From contig OZ076409.1 of assembly GCA_964187785.1 (NCBI GenBank), positions 8,992,001-9,056,000 on the forward strand: a stretch of DNA of 64,000 nucleotides, read 5' to 3'. How positions within the stretch are numbered: the stretch's first letter is position 1; the number at the start of each line of letters is the position of its first letter. Source of the stretch: Amphiscolops sp. MND2022 (lineage: Eukaryota). The notes beneath the pieces were generated by a model. The model saw nothing but the letters and a program-made list of their open reading frames with translations, had not been told where the DNA came from and made no database searches. Both the position numbers and the translations under genes were made by a program. Below, in pieces: positions 48,712-62,170 of this stretch.

Positions 48712-51700
48712 TTAAGACTTATCTAAACTAGCATTTAAACGCTCAGCGGACTTGTTTAGCTCTTCATCTGAAATCAAGTGACTACGCCTCTTCCCTGGCT
48801 TTGGCACCATAAACGACGATGAGGCTTTACTGGTACTAGGGGCATCCTCTGCGGCGGAGACCTTCGGGCCTTTGGGCGTCACACTATTGATGACGTCAAT
48901 GATCTCAGCCCATCCAAACTTATCCAAGTCACTCCAGGGACTGTAAGAGTCCCTTAGCCCAGTTGACCCAAAGGTCGGTTCCGGAGCGAGAAACTTGGAG
49001 ATCGAAGACTGAGATGAAAACTTCTGCCCCGCGGGCAACATTGCCGAGGTACGATTGCAATGATGTAACAACATCGAACATTGGACTTTTTGGGTCATCA
49101 GTATGGACTGTCCCAAACTTGACAGGGGGAAAGGAGACGCGAGGATCATCTAGACAAAGACAACTGAGTCTGAAAATCCTCATGAGATAAGGCCGAGACC
49201 TGTAGGATTCTTGTCCACACACAAACTCAATAACGTCAGGAATACAGGAATAAGCAATTTTGGCTGGGAGATGTTGGTGTGAAGTTTGCGGAGTTCGTCA
49301 AGAAATGAGAGATACTCTTCGAAGTAAACCGTCTCTTCGTCTGCCAGCAACACACCTCGCAATCGGAAACTGGTAAACAGCTCCTTGAAACAAAAGGTCG
49401 CCAAAGATATTGGGTCGACCAACATCACGTCCAAATCAAAAGAACCCAGTCCTCTCACTATATCGCTGGTGAATCTCTGGAGCTTCTGAGCAGTGCCGAA
49501 TAGGGTGACTACATAACTACGAGCAGTGCGTCCAAAATCAGCTTTTATGTTCTCTGTAACTTCAGCTAGAGTCAGCTTTTCGTTTTTCTTCTCACTCATC
49601 TCGGCTTCCGCTTTCAGCTTGCATGCAGTTGCTAGTGTTTCGCTCAACCTGGACCGGGACAGGAAGTCAGCTACTGACAGAGCCTTAGTGTCAGCCATAA
49701 CGAGACTGTAGACCCCGGGAAAATCATTTTCTTCAGGAATGCTGCTGGAACTGACGCAACGTCTGCCCAGCTTGAAGAGATATTGACCTAGCTCTCGATA
49801 CACATGGAAGCCTCGATCACGGCGCGTCTTGAGATTTGGGGTGAAACTGCTGGTGACTATAAAAGAAAGAGTGAAAACTTTGAACCCAATAGTATATGGC
49901 GAAACTATGAATGGCAACACTAACAATCGCGCACTAATCGGTAGAACAACTCGAGTCTACTCGGAAAGAAGTCGTCGTAAACAAGAGACCATTCTAAGCT
50001 CTGGGGCTGAAAAGAAACATTCAGTTGAGATACTGCATTGGACCGTAGGTCTAAGGAGCCAGAGAACTCTTACTTGTTTGCGGACTCCTGTGCCTTCTTG
50101 GGTAGGGGTGCTTTTCGACAAGAAAGCAACCACTTTGCTCCAGTGACGCAACAGTTCTTGGCAGAGGACTGGTAGACCATTGATGTCCAATTGGCATGAT
50201 CTAATTGCCTGAAAACAAAAGAAGGGCTCCGTCTAAAACCCTCGGATCTAGATGCAAAGAACAAAGTCTCAAACCAACCTTCGACAATTCAGGGGACACC
50301 AACATTCAGTCCTGATCTAGACAGCCTCCCAGGCACACGATGACAAATTGCACAACTGAGAAGAAGTCTATGTTTCCGAACACACTGTACCCCTTCTTAT
50401 GCATTATGGTCTTCAAAGACAGCTCTTCAAAACGGGGGGGGGGGGGATTTTGGATTCCATAAGCTGAGGGCTTTGGATTCCATAACCAGATGCGTAGGGC
50501 ATTGGTCCAGCAAGACGATAGTTCAGTGCGTTGTTCCAGTACAACTGACTAAGTGGGGCTTCGTTGAGAATATGCCCATGACGTTGGAAACAAGCCTAAC
50601 CTCAGCTTGCTTGAGTGAGGCCGAGGAGACGTCCGGTCCTTTTCAAGAAGACCCTAAACAATTGGTCATCACGCCAATATCGGATAAATACCAACAGAAA
50701 AACACCTTCTTGAGCGAATTCCAATGAATACTCAGAGGCAGCGACGACATGGCTTCCAATGTCATTCATCATCTCAAGGAATAAGTGATGGAAGATGACC
50801 TATAACACAATCTTGCCTTTCATGTCAGAATTTAACTAGTAAGGCGACCTCGCGTAGCATGAGGCTGAAAGAACCTTAGGTCCACTACAATACTCTAACA
50901 ATGTACCCGTCTGAGTAAAGTGAAAATACTAACTGAAAGTCTTTCCCTGCTCCAATCGAAATCTGTGAACAGTGCCTGGTGGTTCACAATCACACCCACG
51001 TCGCTCCAGAATCCTTTGAGCACATCAATATTCCCATAATGGGTGAGAAATCGGCACAGAATGGAAATCTGAATTTTTGCCCGGTCGCCCGAAGAAGATG
51101 CCATGTAATCAGTACCCGCCATGAATTCGTCAAAAAATGGAAGCTTCTTGCCGATATCCACCAACGGTACATCCTTGAACTTTGAGTATTCTAACTCCAG
51201 CTGGTAAGGTGTGAGGAGTTTGCCGTCTTTACCCCTGACTTGATGAACAACTTTGCGGGTAACTGGGTCTACCTTGGATAGATGCTCGAACCTCCACCTT
51301 TGGTCTTTCCTCAAGTGCTTTTCGGTAGAGTGGTGTCGCAAAATTTCTCGGGCTCCCTTTCCATATTATGATATGTTTGCCTTGCAAATTTGGCAATAAA
51401 ATTTGTAAGGGTTCCATCGCAGATCGACTGGCCCTGACACAAAAGTCTTCGTCCACTCCATACCTTTAAAATACGCCTCCTTCATGATCTTACAGGAGCG
51501 AGTAATCGGCCTCCTAGTACGTCCTCTCGATGCGGGAATGCGTCGGTTGCTGGGCTTGCCCCGACTTGAACTCTGATCCTGTAAGGCTTCTCTTTGTAGC
51601 GCTGCAAGGGTCTGAGATCCTGGACCATTGACGCTGAACTCTAGGTCAGGGGACGCTTGGTCATTAGAGCCACACCCAGGAATGAGCTGTGCAGTAGGTG

Positions 51701-53270
51701 GTCTGCCAATTATTTCAGTTTCGGAGTGCTCATATGCGTAGCCAAAACTCCCGAAGTCGTCATCACTACGGATACCACCACTAGTGTCACTTCCCGCTTC
51801 AATTTCGGATTCGCCTTCATCAGATCCCTGTGAAAGGCTACGTACGTTGGACCTGCCTGGTACCGAGGTATTTAAGCTAAGCCTGCTGGCACGGTATACA
51901 AGATTCTCGAGCATGTCGTAAGAAGCCCTGGCAGTCTCATCGGCTACGATCCTCAGTACGCTAGATATCTGATCTTCAGTCAAGGCTATGGTAGAGTGAC
52001 CTCGAAGCAACTCAACCGGTTCAGTTTTAGCAAAATACTCTTTCAAAAGAGCTCGGCTACTGACTTTTAGCGGTTCAGGTTTACCAGTTGGAGCAGGAGG
52101 TAAACTTGCTGATTGACTGGAGGCTTTGTCGACTTCTATCAAGGGATTGTACCTCCCGGAAGTTAGGGCATCGGCCATGGTAGAACCACCTGCATTAGAT
52201 GACTCAGCATCGGTCTCAAGCCCATAATCAGAACTGCTACCCATTCGGATCGGTTGCTCTGATTCACCAAAGCCATGATGGAGACCAATAGATGTTGTGG
52301 AAGGAGCTATGGAAGGCTCACTATGAATATCGTCCTGCAAAGTTGGGCGCAAGGGAGTAGCAGGTCGTACTAATTTGGCTCTTTTCTTAGAATTCCCAAT
52401 GGCAGAGGAATTGCTTGAAGCCGAGTACGCTGTAACAGTATCTAAGAATGCCACAGCAGGAACCTGATGAAATTGTCGGTCTGGTCGTTCCTTTTGCTCT
52501 TGGCCAGGAAAGACAGTTATTAACTCACTTTCACTCTCCTTCTGGGAGGCATCATGGTCTGCTAGGGTTCCCTCCTCGTTGGTCTCAGTACCCAGTTCTT
52601 GCATTTTGCGAGTGAAAAATGCCTGGCAGCTCTCATTCGATTCGCTTCCGTCAGAACAAAGCAGCTGAGACAAAGGCGAAACCTCTGTTGGAGTCTGATC
52701 TTGGCTAATCCCAATTTGCATGACTTCTGCTTGAACATGCTGGCTACTGGAAGGGGCTTCATGAATCTGAGGCTGACTGGACTCAGTGTCCATGGCTTCA
52801 GTCATTGGCTGGTCCTTCTTGGGAAGTTCTGATGTCTGAGGCTGACTGGACTCAGTGTCCATGGCTTCAGTCATTGGCTGGTCCTTGTTGGGAAGTTCTG
52901 ATGTCTGAGGCTGACTGGACTCAGTGTCCATGGCTTCAGTCATTGGCTGGTACTTCTTGGGAAGTTCTGATGTCTGAGGCGGGCAGAGCTCAATGTCCTT
53001 GCCCTCTGCTATTACTCGACTGTTGCTATGCAAGGGGTCGGGAGCCTGTAATTGTCTGACCTCGTTCTCTTTGATTTCACTCGACGATTGTTGACTGCTG
53101 GTTGGAAAATCATGAGCAGTATCAGGGATTGAAAATTCGTTCCTGTCAGCCTCTTCAACCTCAGCTAATTTCTGAGTTGGTTGGCCGTTAGTCTCTTGTT
53201 CTAAATAGAAAGAGATAAATTTACGCGGTGTACTTCCTGAATATGAATCCATTTTGCCGCATTTTGACAT
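48712..53270 (-). pseudogene. Spliced antisense accessory gene of element B, homologue of A 26640-31008, with frameshifts (first exon not resolved)
   Basis: YKFYCQICKANIS...LRHHSTEKHL; donor after WSRERLS (50934); acceptors at 50799 and 50208; SDIVRGLGSFD matches SDLIRGLSAFD in A. Confidence 0.78.
52766..52980 (-). repeat. 69-bp coding tandem repeat (~3 copies) in the antisense gene
   Basis: Peptide PQTSELPKKDQPMTEAMDTESSQ repeated. Confidence 0.92.
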
Positions 53271-54374
53271 TCTTCCGGAAGTAAGTTATGTTCAAATTAA
53301 TGTTTCAACGTGAAAACATTTAAAATGGAGGAAGTGAATCTAGTCAAAAGTTGAACCCTGATCAAGCTCAACTTAGACACAATTAAAGAACCAACCTGAT
53401 GCTATCTCCATAGTGGGGAAACAGAATTCTTGATCGGAATAGCTGTCGAAGGAGATGCGTTTGTAACCTGCTCAGGTTAGAGAATCTGGATAAACAATTG
53501 ATTGAGGCCAGGGAGGCTGTAGGTCCTCGTGTTCTGTTCACTCCGATGGCGAGGGAAGCGCTTTGAACGAATCGATGAAGTAACCAGTGAAAGTAACTTG
53601 TAGTTAGAGAAATGACGACGGTTGGGATTACTGTACCTCAAGCACTTATACTTTCATTCGTATATCATTCACAAACACTCACCTGTCTACCCTTTTTACC
53701 CAACTAGACTAACAGTCTAACTAATACTATTGAGACTTTTATTAGACGCTAAATTACAAATGGATGTCGTGGCTAGTACATTAGCAATTAGTTACCATTC
53801 ACTATCATTTCATTTCATTATCACATTTCTCATGTCTTGAACCTGCCAGTGAAAGCCATGAAGTTTCACTTTATTTCGCAAATAAAAGGTACAACTCAAC
53901 TACGTTCTTCATAGTTTTCATCTCCTTTACCATATTTAGTTATTCATTCGGGCGAATTATTAGTTAATGAAACGCCATTAGTCTTATCGTGAATGAGGCC
54001 TGCCGGACCGTCGGTCTTTGATCGAGTTATTGTTTACCAGTCTTTAACATTGGTAAACACTCTTACTGGGCAATTAACAACTCACAAGTTGTTAGACAAA
54101 TACGATGATAGGCCTTCAAGGACCAATTGAGAAGCTTTTCAGCTGACTTCTGATACTATTTATGAAAACTTATAACTTTACTTAAAAAGAATCCGAGGAA
54201 AATCTGAGGGAACTCCAGGTTTTGTTACCCCGCTTAAAATTTCCACAAATTTATTGAAAGTGGACCTGAGGTCTGTCGGGCTAGAGCAAATCATTCAACT
54301 CAAATCCTTACTACGATCAAGCAACACAATTCAAAATTGCCAAAAAACCTATTCTGGGAAGATATCTAGCTGAG

Positions 54375-55218
54375 ATGTCACTACAATTTAATGTAGAAGA
54401 ATTCATCCGACCGCTAGTGAGCGAAGTTTATAATTCTTCTGACGAGGATATGGAAGTGGACGTGCTTTCTATACCAAATTACTCCCAACAAGACGATGGG
54501 TGCGACAGTGATATTGAAATTATAGCGTGCTATAGAGAAGTCCCCGATGTTCCCACCACAACTAGCAGGAGGACGCGCAATGACGACCGAATTTGATGCT
54601 AACGAGTACGACCTAACTCAATCGCAATATGGACAACCCGGATCAGTGGCGTCAACCACGGATCCATCCGATAGCCTGATTGAATGGTTTGTTGGGAACC
54701 CACCCCAACGAACATATAAAGAGGGAGACTCGCGGCACCAGATTGTTCAGTGTAGTGGATTGGAACCAGTACCTTATTCCCCATTGTCACCACCGTTAGA
54801 GGAACAAGGACCTTCAGTCGCACAGTATTATGGTGAATACCCTGAAGAACAAGGTCAGGAAAGTGAATGGATTAAAAACCCCCACATTTCCGGGATGACA
54901 ATTAGTGCGAGCGGAATTTGTGGAACCCCCAACTATATCCAATATGGAGGATGTACAGTGTGTGGTAAGTCTTACTCGGCTATTCAAGAAGAGATTACTT
55001 TGGGATATTTAGAGAAAACACACATCCCTGAGGAAAACTACATTCAAAGGATTCGCAGGAGAAATTCTTTTCAAGCCGGAATGAAAGCCGGCAGTGTGAT
55101 TCTAGTCCCAGGGGGAGTGTCGCAGGCTGCCGCCTGTGACCGCAATTACTACCAAATCCCTTCAGTAGACGATCTATCTAACCCCCTGCCAGGAGTACTC
55201 CCTATTCAGAAGGTTTGA
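54375..55218 (+). pseudogene. Element B 3' accessory ORF with CxxC domain, probable frameshift near 54545, ends inside the 3' LTR
   Basis: ORFs 54375-54596 and 54547-55218; GGCTVCGKSYSAIQEEITLGYL...RNSFQAGM. Confidence 0.75.
55110..55117 (+). promoter_or_regulatory. Short polypurine tract of element B
   Basis: AGGGGGAG directly before the 3' LTR TG. Confidence 0.6.
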
Positions 55219-56753
55219 CAACAATGGACCGATGGTACGGACGGCCTCACTCAAATTGAGGCAAATATAGAAGAACTGCGTCCAAAACATAAAGGACCTT
55301 AGGTCGATACAGCCTCATCAAACAATTGTGTTAAAATTAATCACAAAACACTCTACTGTATGTAATTTACCGTTGCCTAATAATATAGTTAGTTTGTGCT
55401 TGATTTACCTGTTGATTATTGTTGAAATAGTAATGTACCAAATGAATTGGAATTAGCAATGTAAAATGATCAATTTGAATGATGTATTAGAATGCAATTG
55501 AAGCGCAGTAAGGAAACGTGTTCGAATGTACTGTTGTTGTGGCTGATTGTACGCAACGTCGAGTGCTGTATTAACCAATCAAATCGAGCTAGCTATACAA
55601 TTGGTGACGCCGCATGGACGTTACGTCCGATTTGGCGTAATTGCCAATCACGCTGTCTGTGATTATTCTAATGACATGAAGTGTTATTATTAGAAATATG
55701 AACATGTAAATAGCATATTCAGGCATAATAAAAATCCTCCATGCGTACTTATATGACATCATAATCTCCAGCTACAACCCTTAGCCGCTTCTTTTGATGC
55801 TATTTTTGTCCTTACAAACATGATGAAATAGTGACGTAATGTCCCTAGAACTGTTCCAAAACCCCATCTATTGCTATTTTTAGAACCATGACCCGCATCA
55901 TTCTGTGTGTAACCCCACCCAAACTATGAATAGCGGGAACACTGGAGAGCAAGGACCAAAACTTTCACAATCTTGATACAAACAAGTCGATATAATATTG
56001 TCACGATACTGAACTTTGAGTTTAAAGCTCTGCTGATACATACTTTGTTGATTTGGATTATCTTGTTAGTTGATATTTACAATTGACTGTGAAACTCAAA
56101 TCCCCTTCTCATGCCTTCCACGAGAAAGCAAAAGGCTAAAGAACGTCGTTCTAGACAGTTAGACATGCTGTCCGATGTAGAAAATGTTGACATAATGCTT
56201 GGAAGTTACTCTAGGGAAGATGGTGAGAATAATGTTAGTGAAAATGAAGTGAATTTGGACTCAGGGTCTAGCAGACCACAACAAAGCTCAAATGTTATAG
56301 GAGAAGACTTTAGGTCCTTGCTTAATACCAACAGCAGGGAAAACAGTGAAATCACAATTGAGACTTCTAGGTTGATAAGCGAGGAAATTTCCAATCAAAT
56401 GTCTAGAAAACTCAATGAAATTAAAACTGGTTTGAATTCCCAAATTAAGGATGCAATTACAGCTGCAATAACAAGTACAGTGCTTCCTTCCATCCAAAAT
56501 ACACTAGAAATGCAGGGGAGACCTAATTTCACCATGGTGGACCGGGAGTCCAACGGGCCACATCCTAGCCCAAGGTCGACCGATTTCACATTAAAGGACC
56601 GAAGGTCCAGTGGGCTACAATGGAACGCCGAAGTAGGAAATTCGCAGAAAACATGGGAAAATCGTTCTAGAACATGTTTTACACAGGCAAATAGTAGACT
56701 GAGGTCTAGAGAGAGTTCAACAAACTCTATAACTAGCGAACAAAATCGCGACA
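55118..56753 (+). repeat. 3' LTR of element B (contains an intact 215-aa gag N-terminal ORF, 56111-56758)
   Basis: Copy of 40267-41903. Confidence 0.96.
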
Positions 56754-57801
56754 TGTAATATTAGCGATCATATGTGGAAAGATGCGGCGCATTTAACTAA
56801 GAAACTAATTTCTTCCGTTCATTGATTTTTTGTCGTTATTCCGAACCATAGTCTGTGTTTGTATTATATCAATATTTGTTTGGGTCTTTCCTATTTTCCC
56901 TCCTAGCTTCCTGGATCAAAAATTTCTGAATCCCAAAAACAAATTGAATTAATCATTTCATAAGTTGGAAAAGAACGACGACCACCACAAATTTGAGTTC
57001 TTGATATCTTCGTGAAGGAGCAGGTCCAATTGACTCCCGAAAGAAGCCAAGGAGTCGAAACAGCGAGCAGTTGTAAAAAGGTGGCATTCTTTAGCGCACT
57101 AATCCATCAAGGTGTGTAATATACAGTGCTGGTTGAATACTTCGTTGTTCACGTGTTGTCTTTAGAGTATCTTTTCCCTTTTCTGAATCCAGATTGAAAA
57201 CAGTCACTTCCGAAAGCTTTTCATGTACATTCACATTTGGCAGATGTTGCCGTTATCAAAGTAAAACGAATATTTTGATGGTACAACCAATGCTTTCTTT
57301 CAAAGAACGTCGCATGTTAGGGCTAGGCTTTCTCAACAACCACAAAAATAAAATGTATTTTACGTTCAAATGAATACTTAGGGTCAGTTTTTGCCGAGAG
57401 TGTCAAAACAGCTATGAAGACAACTTTTCAAGTATTTACATTCTGGAAAAAAGTTTTCAAAAAGCAAAATGAGCTCTCGTTTTGGGGGAAACTCGAAACA
57501 AGGGGTACCTTGGGGGGAATAAGGCACATGATACAGAAGCGCAACCTAACAGAATTAACAAGCAGATATAAATGTGAGTTTGTTTTGCTTCAAAAGAAGT
57601 AAAATCTAAAACGAAACACAGTGTTATGAAGGATAGATTTGTATCGCTTAACTAGAACTAAAACCAAAAAGGAACGGAATGTGATAGGACATAGATTTAT
57701 GGGGAAATGAAATGACAGATTCAAAAATTGATTTAAGCAGTCCTCGATTATCCGGGTCCTTTCAAGTCCCTACTAATTTGTCAAGCTCTTATAGTTTTGC
57801 A

Positions 57802-58044
57802 TAGACGTGTCGGATCTCTTTCACTATATACCATCTTGACTCGTTACACTATGTGTATCCGAACTGAATGTATTTCATTTTCATCTGCAAATCTGCACTC
57901 AGCCAATCAGAAGCGTTGATAGTTCATACATGTATTTAAAAGAGTTTCACTTTGTCATCCTTTTGGCGATGTAATCAAAAGCGTTCAACTTACTCCTCCC
58001 ATTTTGCTGTAGGGTGACATAGTGAAAGAGATCCGAGGGGTCAA
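57802..58044. mobile_element. Small MITE-like element
   Basis: Perfect inverted repeat CGGATCTCTTTCACTAT (57811-57827) / ATAGTGAAAGAGATCCG (58019-58035), extendable imperfectly to ~26 bp. Confidence 0.65.
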
Positions 58045-58451
58045 GCTATTTTACGAAATTCAGTTTTATGAGCTCATATCGTGCACCAATAGTTAAGGAC
58101 GGGGGTGTATGAACGTTTCTGGCTCCCAACCAAAATTTTATCAGATAGATTTGTTGTGCACGTTTTGGGCTCTCAGGTCGAAAACTTTCGAAGTCCTAAA
58201 GCTCAAAGATCAAACAAATTCTTCAACTTTAATGTGTGCTATATGTCAAGTTTTGTTTACATTGCCGCATATTTTGAATTAGAATAATCGCGGCTTAGGA
58301 GCCATAAATATGTAACAAGAAATTGGGATATTACACTAATTGCAGCCGAAAAGTATGTTCATGTATAAACCTTCTGCAGTATCACGAAAATTTTTTCAAA
58401 AAACGTGTGCCTTAGTTTCATTTTGTCACACAGCTCTTCTTTTTAAGTTCA

Positions 58452-58702
58452 AGTATTCTCACAACACGCCTTTTAGTATACCCATATTTTGTAACTGTAT
58501 GTAATTTGAACCAAAATTTTTCTTCTCACCTGAAATGCGGATAATGGAATCGTGTAATATAAGCGATCATTTGCGGAAAAATGCGGCGCGAATAAGTAAC
58601 AACCTAATTTCTTCAGTTTATTGATTTTTTGTCGTTATTCCGAATAAAAGTCTGTGCTTGTATTATATCAATACTTCTTTGGGTCTTTCCCGTTTTTCCC
58701 TC
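58452..58702 (+). repeat. Uninterrupted copy of the repeat into which element B inserted
   Basis: TTTAGTATACCCATATTTTGTA...GGAATCGTGTAATATAAGCGATCA...GGGTCTTTCC. Confidence 0.8.
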
Positions 58703-61214
58703 ACAGCCTATCTGACTTTTTGATTATATATCTGAACTGAAAGTATTTCAAACGAGCGAGAATGTGGCTAGTTTTCAAATCAAACATGTTTCAAGCTTTT
58801 GTTTCCTACCATGTCAGATTTTTTACTGAGCGTACCTAAATAACGTTTTCAACAGGTCAAATGCACTATATAAGAACTTCAGCTGTTATTTCCTAACTGA
58901 AACATTTCACACAAAGAAGATAGTGGGTCTGTTTTCAAATCTAGTTCACAGCGTTTGTTACTTTCAATGTTGATAAAAACTGGTAACCTTTATCGAACAG
59001 CCAAAGCAACGGAAAGTGTGCATCATTTGCGAAAATTTGGAGTTATATCCGATCTAGAACATTTCAGACCAGAAAGAATGTGTCTTGGTTTCCAATCTTT
59101 CCAAGTTTCGATTTTTTTTTCGTTCCATTTTGGATTTCACCGATCGCCATTCAGGAATTAACGATATCATTGTGGACTGATGAAATATGAGCCAGTTGCT
59201 TCAACGAGATGAGATTGACACAATTTGATTGTTGCCAATTTTTGACAACCCAAACAAACCTCCTAGTCAAGTTGAACTTTTCAATTTTTGTTTATCTCGA
59301 CAGTCAATATCATCACAGAAACAACTTGGCATTTCTGCGTTGTCTAATAAAAGTGAAGCAATTGGATCTCGGAATTGATAATATCAAACATGACTAAAAT
59401 AGGAACGGTTTCTTTTTCTACTGATTTGGACGATAAACGGTTTTAACCGAAGTTCTGTAGTAAACCAGCTATGAACAAATCCGGCTCGATGAAAGTCATC
59501 ATCTGGCCTTTATAAAAATCACTCTTTGTTTAGCGGGAAAACGACTGACGTTCTCAGACGGGTTAAATTATAAAGTCATCTTAAAAATCCTTCGTCATGG
59601 TCAAATAAAAAAGAGTTGAGATACAGCTCCACTCATGTTGTTTTTTTTGCAACCGGCAATCTGTTGAAGCAATCGGAACACTTACTTTGATGCAATTTAC
59701 GGCAAGTTGGCACCATATGACTGGTAGCTGAGCTATGCTACTTTGCTTTTTCATTCTTTTCATTATCAAAACGATTTGTCAGAAGTCGCTTCGGGATTTA
59801 ATGAAGGACAATTTTTCGATGAAATTGATGAAATAGGTGACTCATTAGCTACGGCAGAGAAATAAGTCAGTGTCGCTGCACTGATTGCTAATCACCGCAG
59901 AGAGAGCTACAAAAAATTATCAGCTTCCTACCTAAAATTGAATAAATTAGGATGTTGACCGCTATTTATGATATGTGTTAGGAGTAGAAAAGTAGTTCCA
60001 CAAGGCGTCGATCTTTAGTGGAATCAGCAGAAATGAAATTCGTTGGTGAAAACGAATTCATCATACTGTGGCTAAAAAAATGTTTATTTTACCAGGCTGA
60101 CAATAATCCACAACAAATAAGATACCAGATTGATCGTATCAGATGTAAGATAATTTGTATTGTTTCAACGTTTGATTCTATGACCAGAGTATGATCAGCC
60201 TGATCGGCAAACACGGGAGAGAGAATTACATCTACATAAACTGAGTACTGAATTGTACCTTGAATAAAAGTCGCAGTTTCCGAACACATTTCAACAGTAA
60301 GTCGCGAGATGCCGAAAAACTCTAAAGGGAACCCCAATGCTCGCAAAACGCTTTGATTCTGCTGAACATCAAAGGGGGCTTCGTTTAAAAAAGTTTGATA
60401 TCCTTGTATCTTTGCCTCAAACAATTGTCGTCTATGGCGAGTTTCGAACTCACGAACACTCAGAGTAGCTCACTTTCCATGTAGAGAAACCCTCTTTTAC
60501 CTCCCGGCAAGCTCAGTAGTCTGCAGCCTGGCATATGAATTAAAGTTTCAGAACTTATGACAGAAATTCGTGGGTGGAAAGAACAAAAAAATTCCTCGAC
60601 TGATACTTAAGTTTTTCGTTTCTTAAGTGGACAAAAAAGTCTAAATAAGTCCACAAAAGTCGAATCAGAATCTATGAGAGTTTCTTCTTCCTCAAAAAGG
60701 CTCAAAAGGCTTCAGACGTGGTGAAATCGAGTTCAAGTTGTTCCGTCATTTTCTTTAATGCGTTTTGTCATGATTTTGAGAAATCTTGTGGAGGTCCCAG
60801 ACATGTCTCGTTATACAAAACGAAAAACAAGAAAAAGAACTGCTACGATGATTAAACTCTTCCTACAAGTTGGTGCAAAAAAAAGAGTACATTTGAACCG
60901 CATTTGTATTTTGGTAAGCTATATGAAACAAAAAAAAACATGCAATCCGATAATAATTCAATCAAGAAAAATTCCAAACAATTTTTAGCGTAGAATTGAA
61001 AAATGCTCCTCTTATGCAAAATACAATATATAAATTTTGGCGCTAGTTTTCATCCACATTGCGTCTTGGAAGCCAGTTAAGGAAGGATGTGAAATCCTTT
61101 AAATATCAGTCAAACGGAATTTGCGAGCCACGAAATCGAACAAAACTGAAGTTGTTCATTTGTCATCATTCGGCTCTGAAGAAGAGTTTCAGAAACAAAA
61201 AGAAGCTAAAACTC

Positions 61215-62170
61215 TCATTCAACTCGCAAATCGCAAACTGATTTTTTCTTACGCCAATCCTGCACATCGTTCAGCGCAGTTGATTCTACGAGTACAACGT
61301 TTTCGTCGCCAGATGGCTCGTTTAAGTTCCATATGAGTTTTTCCGCTGGAATTGGGTTGCCTTTCATGTCTCTCCAAATTACGTCATCATCAGTATAGAT
61401 GCCCAAATAAAATTCATATGGGCCCACTTTGTCCACCAAAAAATGAAGCTGTTCCGTTGTTCCATTCAAATCATCGAAAAGGTTTGCAATTTTGGACCCC
61501 CCAAGGTAATGCAATTTTGCTCGGCAGAGTGCCAGTCAAGTTCCAATGATACGAATTTCATCCATTCCAAACTTATTTGGGGTCCACCTTCGCACTCTTT
61601 ACCGCCGTGAGATGGCTGGAAACAGTCACGGAAAAGAACTTTCTTCCACTCATCAGCCGAATCAACTTGAACCTCGTGTCGTTCGTTGATCCATTGGCCA
61701 TCGATTCGCTTCAAGTTAATTTGGCATAAATTATTATAATTGGAGTCGTCTCGAACACTCTTGGAAACCCCCTTCTGGTGACATTGTACGATATAATCTC
61801 CCTTCATTCCGACGTAAACACAGGCAGGATGATTTTCTAGAACAGCTTGCATCGAGAATTTATCGCCTTGATTTAGTTCACACTTGTCTGGACTACAAGT
61901 GTTGAAGGAAAGACATTCAGGTGTGATCAAACACAGAAAGGCACAGAATAGTTTGGATGTTTTGAACTGGGTTTTCAAGTGATTGCCCATCAAGCGCTTT
62001 CCTGCCAGTATGTCTCCGTATTGAATGATTCTTTGGGATAGCAAATGCATGGATGTTTCCACTACATATAGAAGAAACATGAAAAACAATACTGGAATAG
62101 TTGATTGGAGTTTCACAGAATAGAAACAAATTGTGTAATATTTACTGATAGCAGAGATGCTCATTGTCAC
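61215..62170 (-). pseudogene. Intronless host-type secreted PAN/apple plus C-type lectin gene with one frameshift
   Basis: Hydrophobic leader; CAFLCLITPECLSFN..CELN (PAN); RDCFQPSHGGKECEG (TSP1-like); LDWHSAEQNCITLGG / WNLNEPSGDEN..LNDV..SVC (CTLD). Frame break at the C-run near 61500. Confidence 0.78.

Larger units (their letters stand above)
40267..56753 (+). mobile_element. Ty3/Gypsy LTR retrotransposon B, full length (16.5 kb), same architecture as A, more decayed
   Basis: ~1637-bp LTRs with TG...CA ends; TSD TGTAA (40262-40266, 56754-56758); PBS, PPT, gag-pol. Confidence 0.97.

Noticed and set aside
60425..60465. B-box-like sequence suggesting a SINE
   Set aside because: No convincing A box or boundaries found by eye
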